A stretch of 54,429 nucleotides of DNA from Actinomycetota bacterium (GTDB lineage Bacteria > Actinomycetota > Actinomycetes > Nanopelagicales > Nanopelagicaceae), in the NCBI GenBank assembly GCA_947380835.1, contig CANCSL010000001.1:1-54429 (forward strand). The letters are read 5' to 3'. The position numbers and the translations under genes are program-made. This document shows, piece after piece, positions 48,953 to 54,429 of this stretch (positions are counted from its first letter, which is position 1; each line of letters begins with the position of its first letter). The notes below the pieces were generated by a model. It made no database searches, had not been told where the DNA came from, and worked only from the letters and a program-made list of their open reading frames with translations.

Positions 48953-49840
48953 ATGAAGATTCTTTGTATCGGCGACATCATGCTCGATGTCGTGGCCATC
49001 TTGGAATCCCCCATCAATTACGCCAGCGATACTCGGGCTCGCATTTCCACTCATGGTGGCGGCGCTGCAGCAAATGTTGCTACGTGGCTGGCCCACACCG
49101 GAGTTCCAACGTTTCTGATCGCTCGAGTAGGCGATGATGCAGCTGGTAAAACGGTTCAAGCCGAACTCGATCGATACGGAGTTTTGCATTCACATACCGT
49201 TGTCCCTGGGCGCAATACTGGAGTCGTCATCGTGCTGGTCGATCAAAGCGGCGAGCGCACGATGTTTCCCGATTGGGGCGCAAACTCTGGGCTGGGGCTG
49301 GAAGATTTACCTGACCTCGAAGACATCACCAGTATTTATCTTTCTGGCTATCCCATGATTAATCCCGCCTCCAGGCCCGGAGTTCGCCAAATTATCGATC
49401 TGGCGCATGAAAAGAATGTAAAAATTGTTTTCGATCCAGCATCTGTGGGCGTCCTTGCCGAAGTTGGCGTCGAGAACGTTCGCAGTTGGCTCTCGTCAAT
49501 GGATGTTCTCATTCTGAATGAAGAAGAAGCTCACTTCCTGACGGGATTAGCTAATCCCGTTCACGCTGCCGAAGATTTACTTCAATTCAGCGAAATTGTG
49601 GTGATTAAACGCGGTGCCGGCGGAGTTCTCGGACTTCAGCGCGGCGGTTCAATCATTCAACTTCCCGCCCTGCCAACATCTGTCGTTGACACAACTGGCG
49701 CAGGCGATTCTTTTGCCGCTGGTTTTATCCGAGTGTGGAACGAAGGCGGAGATTTCGAGAGCGCTCTCACGGCCGGAACTGAACTTGCCGCCCACTGTGT
49801 GTCATTAATTGGCGCCAGACCGCTTGTCGCTGCGCTGTAA
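48953..49840 (+). CDS. PfkB-family carbohydrate/nucleoside kinase (probable pseudouridine kinase)
   Basis: GGGAAN and [13 protein letters not shown] are PfkB motifs. It lies immediately downstream of psuG. Confidence 0.85.
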   Translation: MKILCIGDIMLDVVAILESPINYASDTRARISTHGGGAAANVATWLAHTGVPTFLIARVGDDAAGKTVQAELDRYGVLHSHTVVPGRNTGVVIVLVDQSGERTMFPDWGANSGLGLEDLPDLEDITSIYLSGYPMINPASRPGVRQIIDLAHEKNVKIVFDPASVGVLAEVGVENVRSWLSSMDVLILNEEEAHFLTGLANPVHAAEDLLQFSEIVVIKRGAGGVLGLQRGGSIIQLPALPTSVVDTTGAGDSFAAGFIRVWNEGGDFESALTAGTELAAHCVSLIGARPLVAAL

Positions 49841-49869
49841 CTGCCTCATCTCTTGGCAAGATAGCCCGC

Positions 49870-51411
49870 ATGGCACGCACCCCTAAAGCCGTTCTCCCAA
49901 AACCTGGAGAGAACCCCGGTCGAATCGTTGATATCGACGTTTCTCAAGAGATGTCCGATTCGTTTCTTGAATACGCATATTCGGTCATTTATTCCCGCGC
50001 ACTCCCCGATGCTCGGGATGGACTCAAACCGGTTCAACGTCGCATCCTCCATCAGATGTCAGAAATGGGTCTTCGCCCCGATCGCGGACACGTGAAATGC
50101 GCTCGAGTGGTCGGCGATGTCATGGGAAAGCTTCACCCTCACGGAGATGGCGCCATTTACGACGCCATGGTGCGAATGGCACAAAGTTTCTCGATGCGCC
50201 TGCCACTCATTGATGGGCACGGAAACTTTGGTTCCCTTGATGCCGGCCCAGCCGCTATGCGCTACACCGAATCGCGTTTGGCACAAGCTGCAATGGCGAT
50301 GGTCGATGAGTCTGATGAAGATACCGTCGATTTTGGCTCAAACTACGATGGACAACTCCTAGAGCCGCAAGTACTCCCCGCTGCATTCCCCAATCTTCTG
50401 GTCAATGGGGCTACTGGAATTGCCGTAGGTATGGCCACAAATATGGCGCCGCATAATTTGGGCGAAGTCATCGCCGCGACCAAACACCTCATTGATAATC
50501 CCAATGCCACGCTGAAGGCATTGATGAAGCATGTGCCAGCACCTGATTTTCCGACTGGTGGTGAAATCGTTGGCCTCGAAGGTATTGCCGATGCCTATGC
50601 CACAGGCCGCGGGGCTTTCAAGGTTCGAGCCACCGCCGTCATCGAGAAAGTAACTGCTCGCAAAATGGGCATCGTGATCACCGAATTTCCTTACAACATC
50701 GGGCCAGAAAAAGTTGTCGAAAAAATTGCCGATCTCGTTAAAGCCAAAAAGATTCAAGGAATTTCTGACATCATCGATCTCTCCGATGGTCAACAAGGCA
50801 CCAAAGTTGTTGTCGAGATTAAGAATGGCTTTGAGCCAGAAGATGTCCTGGAGAAACTTTACAAGTTGACTCCAATGGAAGATGCATTTTCGATCAACGC
50901 TGTGGCGCTAGTCAACGGCAAACCTCAAACTCTGGGCTTAAAAGAATTACTTCAAGTCTTCATTGACCACCGGATTGATGTTGTGCGCAGACGTTCCGAA
51001 TTTCGCAAGGCTAAAGCCACTGCTCGCTTGAATTTGGTCGACGGGTTGTTGAAAGCAATCATCGATATCGACAAGGTCATCAAAATAATTCGCGGAAGTG
51101 AAGATGCGCCCGAAGCGAAGGCAGCCCTCATAAAGGGTTTCAAGCTCAGCGATGAGCAAGCCACCTACATCCTGGATATGCCGCTAAGGCGTTTGACCAA
51201 GATGAGCAAGATTGAACTCGAAACCGAACAAGCAGGGCTTGCGGCCACCATCGCCGCTCTCAATAAATTGCTCTCCAGCGATGCCACTATTAGGAAGCAA
51301 GTTTCTGAAGAGTTAACTCACATCGCCAAGAACTTTGCGACCCCTCGCCGCACTCGCTTGGAAGGTACCAAGCCAAAGGTAGAAGTAGCGGAGAAGGAAA
51401 CATTGTTCTAA
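49870..51411 (+). CDS. Type IIA DNA topoisomerase subunit A (GyrA/ParC-like), breakage-reunion domain only, with no C-terminal beta-pinwheel domain
   Basis: [41 protein letters not shown], and the catalytic Tyr in [10 protein letters not shown]. The protein ends ...[25 protein letters not shown] after 513 aa. The convergent gene's stop is 10 nt downstream. Confidence 0.9.
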   Translation: MARTPKAVLPKPGENPGRIVDIDVSQEMSDSFLEYAYSVIYSRALPDARDGLKPVQRRILHQMSEMGLRPDRGHVKCARVVGDVMGKLHPHGDGAIYDAMVRMAQSFSMRLPLIDGHGNFGSLDAGPAAMRYTESRLAQAAMAMVDESDEDTVDFGSNYDGQLLEPQVLPAAFPNLLVNGATGIAVGMATNMAPHNLGEVIAATKHLIDNPNATLKALMKHVPAPDFPTGGEIVGLEGIADAYATGRGAFKVRATAVIEKVTARKMGIVITEFPYNIGPEKVVEKIADLVKAKKIQGISDIIDLSDGQQGTKVVVEIKNGFEPEDVLEKLYKLTPMEDAFSINAVALVNGKPQTLGLKELLQVFIDHRIDVVRRRSEFRKAKATARLNLVDGLLKAIIDIDKVIKIIRGSEDAPEAKAALIKGFKLSDEQATYILDMPLRRLTKMSKIELETEQAGLAATIAALNKLLSSDATIRKQVSEELTHIAKNFATPRRTRLEGTKPKVEVAEKETLF

Positions 51412-51421
51412 AGAAACGGGA

Positions 51422-53578
51422 TTAAGCGTCGATTCGATCGCGATCGATTTCGGCGTTGGAAATAAACTCTTTTCGTGGCGCTACTTCATTACCCATCAGA
51501 AGTTCAAAGACATCTTCAGCAGCCTGAGCATCCTTCATGGTGACTCGGCGAAGGGTGCGGTGGTTGGGATCCATCGTGGTCTCGCGCAATTGATCAGCAT
51601 CCATCTCGCCCAAGCCCTTGTAACGCTGGACCGGTTCTTTCCAACGTTTGCCTGCTTTTGTTAGATCAGCCAAAACTTTGCGCATTTCATCATCGGAATA
51701 TGTGTAGTGAATCTCTCCGCGCTTTCCGCCCACGACATCAATCCGATGAAGAGGTGGGATGGCTGCAAAAACCCGACCCGCTTCGATAAGCGGACGCATA
51801 TAGCGATAGAGCAGAGTGAGAAGGAGACAGCGAATATGAGCGCCGTCGACGTCTGCATCAGACATCAAAATCACGCGGCCATATCGCGCATCATCAAGGG
51901 TGAAGGATCGGCCAGAACCTGCACCGATTACCTGAATGATCGAAGCACATTCGTTGTTCTCGAGCATTTGCGAGAGCGAAGCCTTCTGTACATTCAAAAT
52001 CTTTCCGCGGATAGGCAAAATTGCCTGAAATTCCGAGTTTCGTGCCGCCTTCGTTGTGCCCAGCGCAGAGTCACCCTCGACAATAAAAAGTTCAGTGCGG
52101 TTGGTGTCATCGGATCGACAATCGGAAAGTTTGGTGGGAAGCGAGGAGCTTTCCAGAGCATTCTTGCGTCGTTGCAGATCTTTATGAGCGCGAGCTGAAA
52201 TTCTGGTTCGAGAGGCGGCAGCGATCTTGTCCAGAATCGCCCGACCAGTTGCCTTCTCGATGCGCTTTGTCGTTGCAAAGAATTTCTTTAATTCATCAGC
52301 CACCACAGCTGCCACGATCTTGTTGGCTGCAGCAGTCCCGAGAACTTCTTTCGTCTGTCCTTCAAACTGCGGCTCGGACATGCGAACTGTGACAACCGCA
52401 GTCATGCCTTCTTGGACATCGTCTTTGATGACATCGATTTCATTATTCTTTAAAGTTTTCGTGGCGCGCATCGCATCGTTAATTGCTTTAGTGATCGCCC
52501 GATCAAAACCTTGGACGTGAGTTCCGCCTTTTGGAGTGGAGATAATGTTGACGAAAGAACTGAGAGTGGTCTCGTAACCATTTCCCCACTGCATGGCAAT
52601 ATCAACCTGCATTTCGCGGTCAACATCGGTAGGCATCATGTGGCCTTTTTCATCCAGCACCGGCACTGTCTCGGTGTAACTTCCAGAGCCTTGCAAGCGA
52701 ATTACTTCGCCGATGGCTTCATCGGGGCGCAAAAATGCACAAAATTCGGAGATGCCACCTTTGTGGAAAAAAGTTTCGGTCGTCGCCACTTTGCCACGGT
52801 TGTCATTAACAATCAGCGTTAGTCCGGGCACCAAATACGAGGTCTGGCGAGCGCGGGCGTAGATATCTTCAATGGCAAGTTCGGCTTCTTTGAGGAAGAT
52901 CTGACGATCAAACCACCACTTGATGCGCGTGCCCGTTATTTTCGGGGAAACCTTGCCAATAACCCGAAGTCCAGAACTCTCGCTAAAAGAGGCTTTCGGG
53001 CCATCGCCTTCAAAGATTCCGGCATTTCCGCGCTGGAAGGACATCCAATAAATTTTGCCATTGCGATCGACCTCAACATCAAGGCGAGATGCCAAAGCAT
53101 TAACCACAGAAGCGCCAACACCGTGCAAACCACCAGAGGCTGCGTAAGAACCGCCACCGAATTTTCCACCGGCGTGCAATTTGGTCATAACAACTTCGAC
53201 GCCAGTCAATCCAGTTTTTGGTTCTTTATCTACTGGAATTCCACGGCCATCATCGTGAACTTCTACCGAGCCGTCGGATTCGAGATTTATTTCAATCTTC
53301 TTGCAGTGGCCAGCTAGGGCCTCGTCGACAGAGTTATCGATGATCTCCCAGAGGCAATGCATCAAGCCACGTGAGTCGGTGGTTCCGATATACATTCCTG
53401 GGCGTTTGCGGACAGCATCCAACCCCTCGAGAACCGCTAGATCTTTTGCGGTGTAGTCGTTCTCGATTACCTGAGATTTATCTTCTTTTGCCACGGAGCG
53501 AAAGGTTATCGATGCAATGTGTGTGCGGGTGCAGTACGCGCCCAAAAAGGATGAGAAAAAGTGGAGAATCCACTGCAT
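51422..53578 (-). CDS. Type IIA DNA topoisomerase subunit B (GyrB/ParE-like)
   Basis: LEGLDAVRKRPGMYIGTTDSRGLMHCLWEIIDNSVDEA, GGLHGVG, EGDSA (TOPRIM), PIRGKILNV, MSDADVDGAHI. The start is uncertain: ATG 53578 gives an odd hydrophobic N-terminus, and GTG 53494 is an alternative. Confidence 0.93.
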   Translation of the reverse strand: MQWILHFFSSFLGAYCTRTHIASITFRSVAKEDKSQVIENDYTAKDLAVLEGLDAVRKRPGMYIGTTDSRGLMHCLWEIIDNSVDEALAGHCKKIEINLESDGSVEVHDDGRGIPVDKEPKTGLTGVEVVMTKLHAGGKFGGGSYAASGGLHGVGASVVNALASRLDVEVDRNGKIYWMSFQRGNAGIFEGDGPKASFSESSGLRVIGKVSPKITGTRIKWWFDRQIFLKEAELAIEDIYARARQTSYLVPGLTLIVNDNRGKVATTETFFHKGGISEFCAFLRPDEAIGEVIRLQGSGSYTETVPVLDEKGHMMPTDVDREMQVDIAMQWGNGYETTLSSFVNIISTPKGGTHVQGFDRAITKAINDAMRATKTLKNNEIDVIKDDVQEGMTAVVTVRMSEPQFEGQTKEVLGTAAANKIVAAVVADELKKFFATTKRIEKATGRAILDKIAAASRTRISARAHKDLQRRKNALESSSLPTKLSDCRSDDTNRTELFIVEGDSALGTTKAARNSEFQAILPIRGKILNVQKASLSQMLENNECASIIQVIGAGSGRSFTLDDARYGRVILMSDADVDGAHIRCLLLTLLYRYMRPLIEAGRVFAAIPPLHRIDVVGGKRGEIHYTYSDDEMRKVLADLTKAGKRWKEPVQRYKGLGEMDADQLRETTMDPNHRTLRRVTMKDAQAAEDVFELLMGNEVAPRKEFISNAEIDRDRIDA

Positions 53579-53615
53579 CCTTGCTCAAATAGCGAGATAA
53601 AAGACACGCGCGGGG

Positions 53616-53634
53616 GTGAAAATACAGTATTTTC
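53616..53634. promoter_or_regulatory. Perfect 19-bp palindrome TGAAAATAC-A-GTATTTTCA (candidate operator)
   Basis: 9-1-9 perfect inverted repeat read directly from the sequence. It lies in the divergent intergenic region between the GyrB/ParE-like gene and the small Cys/His protein gene. Confidence 0.5.
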
Positions 53635-53730
53635 AGGAGTGGGAATAAAGCAGTGGTGCTTGAATGTTCCCTATTCAGATGACAGAAATGTCGGAAGAAC
53701 CACTAAAGTTAGTCCAGTATCAAAAAGATC

Positions 53731-53772
53731 AGCGTAAGAAGACCAGCATAAGAAGACCAGCATAAAAAGAGA
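53731..53772 (+). repeat. 14-nt purine-rich tandem repeat (AGCRTAAGAAGACC x2 plus one degenerate copy)
   Basis: Copies are agcgtaagaagacc (53731-44), agcataagaagacc (53745-58) and agcataaaaagaga (53759-72). They are followed by agaggacc, which supplies the SD for the ATG at 53783. Confidence 0.8.
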
Positions 53773-53782
53773 AGAGGACCGA

Positions 53783-54004
53783 ATGTCAGAGCAGTTGATT
53801 CTTGAACCAACGCCTTTGAATGCCATCGATCGTTGTGATCGTTGTGGTGCACAGGCTTACGTTCGGGCAACTTTGCTCAATGGCGGCGAACTCTTGTTCT
53901 GTGGTCACCATGCCAAGGAATATGCCGAGGGTCTCAAGCCAGTTGTGGCCAAGATCCAGGATGAGACCAACAAGCTCGCTGAAGTGGCTTCTGACGCCCG
54001 CTAA
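53783..54004 (+). CDS. Small conserved actinobacterial Cys/His protein (probable zinc ribbon; I believe the DUF7455 family)
   Basis: 73 aa with C-x2-C (CDRCG) ... FCGHH. There is a good SD. In Streptomyces-type synteny, as I recall it, it sits between the ParE-like gene and the principal sigma factor. Confidence 0.75.
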   Translation: MSEQLILEPTPLNAIDRCDRCGAQAYVRATLLNGGELLFCGHHAKEYAEGLKPVVAKIQDETNKLAEVASDAR

Positions 54005-54025
54005 CGCCGCTTCGCAACGCTCTTA

Positions 54026-54295
54026 TTAAACCTTTTTTACAATCTCCTGATTGATTGGCCCCATATATGCCGGCGCCTCAAAACTGGCGGCACGGTGGCT
54101 GCTGTCGCAAAAGGGCATCTGCTTGGAGTGGCCACACCGACAGAGTGAAAAATCGGTGCGCGTTCCCATGACATTGCCGGTCGAATCTACAAAATCGACA
54201 GTCCCTGTAACTTTCATTGAACCATTCGGTTTGACCAGAATGGTCACTCGATTATTTTCGGTGACCTGCTCTCCTGCATCCAACTCTTCAGCCAC
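54026..54295 (-). CDS. CDGSH iron-sulfur domain protein
   Basis: CRCGHSKQMPFCDSSH matches the C-x-C-x2-S-x3-P-x-C-D-x-S-H CDGSH [2Fe-2S] motif. GTG start 2 nt downstream of the sigma factor stop. Confidence 0.85.
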   Translation of the reverse strand: MAEELDAGEQVTENNRVTILVKPNGSMKVTGTVDFVDSTGNVMGTRTDFSLCRCGHSKQMPFCDSSHRAASFEAPAYMGPINQEIVKKV

Positions 54296-54297
54296 GA

Positions 54298-54429
54298 TTA
54301 ATCCAAATAATCGCGAAGAACTTGCGAGCGCGATGGGTGGCGAAGTTTGGACATGGTCTTAGATTCGATCTGGCGAATACGTTCACGAGTAACTCCGTAA
54401 ACTTTTCCGATCTCATCAAGTGTCTTCGG
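54298..54429 (-). CDS. RNA polymerase sigma-70 family factor, principal type (group 1/2); C-terminal region 4.2 only, as the gene continues beyond the window
   Basis: The reverse translation is [43 protein letters not shown]-stop, the conserved HrdB/SigA/SigB C-terminus. Confidence 0.9.
   Translation of the reverse strand, partial: PKTLDEIGKVYGVTRERIRQIESKTMSKLRHPSRSQVLRDYLD

Noticed and set aside
49870-51411. Interpretation of the short GyrA/ParC-like gene as a simple pseudogene
   Set aside because: The ORF is uninterrupted with all catalytic motifs and stops cleanly at a domain boundary. No out-of-frame CTD remnants follow, and the neighbouring B-subunit gene is intact. Truncation by assembly error cannot be excluded without reads, so it is reported as a finding instead.
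53616-53634. The 19-bp palindrome as an intrinsic terminator
   Set aside because: The stem would be almost pure A/T with a 1-nt loop. It also lies upstream of both flanking genes (divergent region), so there is nothing for it to terminate.

Overview
This is a densely packed chromosomal segment: about 57 protein genes, 2 tRNA genes, and mostly tiny or negative intergenic spacers. I saw no rRNA, CRISPR array, transposase, integrase or obvious phage or defence module.

Gene content and synteny are clearly actinobacterial. Markers include SepH/DUF3071, DUF3145, DUF4192, long-form LeuA and GlnA2. The gene orders glyS-zur-uppS-recO, dgt-dnaG-tRNA-Asn and rplS-lepB-rnhB-yraN-comM-dprA match Mycobacterium/Streptomyces as I remember them, and a principal-type sigma factor tail lies at the right edge. 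GC looks only about 50% by eye (not computed). Together with the compaction, this suggests a streamlined actinobacterium, which is inference.

Functional blocks, left to right:
- PaiB / SIMPL / DUF3145 / cspA
- M23 peptidase, then tdh-kbl
- tRNA-Met(CAT), a small DnaX-C-terminal-like ORF, and a GH25 muramidase
- alpha-galactosidase, then lacZ-galT-galE-galK
- ACT protein, a DoxX-Rieske fusion, tRNA-Asn, dnaG, dgt, ydcF, dus, glyS
- ABM protein, then a ZIP-zur operon with a Zur box
- uppS, recO, leuA (with a Leu leader peptide), glnA2, ald
- DUF4192, a PKD-domain secreted protein, NUDIX, dinG
- glgC and glgA (divergent), EamA, era
- dprA-comM-yraN, a secreted protein, rnhB-lepB-rplS
- IMPase, sepH, dienelactone hydrolase, a phosphodiesterase, psuG-psuK
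- a second type IIA topoisomerase pair, a small Cys/His protein, a CDGSH protein, and the sigma factor

I do not see a convincing novel multi-gene system; the window reads as core genome. The observations most worth follow-up are:
1. A GyrA/ParC-like subunit that ends exactly at the end of the breakage-reunion domain, with no C-terminal beta-pinwheel domain.
2. A leucine leader peptide upstream of leuA whose CUCCUC codons are complementary to the leuA Shine-Dalgarno sequence and which precedes a terminator-like hairpin.
3. A perfect 19-bp palindrome with Zur-box-like half sites in the ParE-like/small Cys-His protein intergenic region.
4. Ribosomal protein L19 carrying a 46-aa repetitive acidic tail.
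5. A stand-alone DnaX-C-terminal-like ORF translationally coupled to a muramidase.
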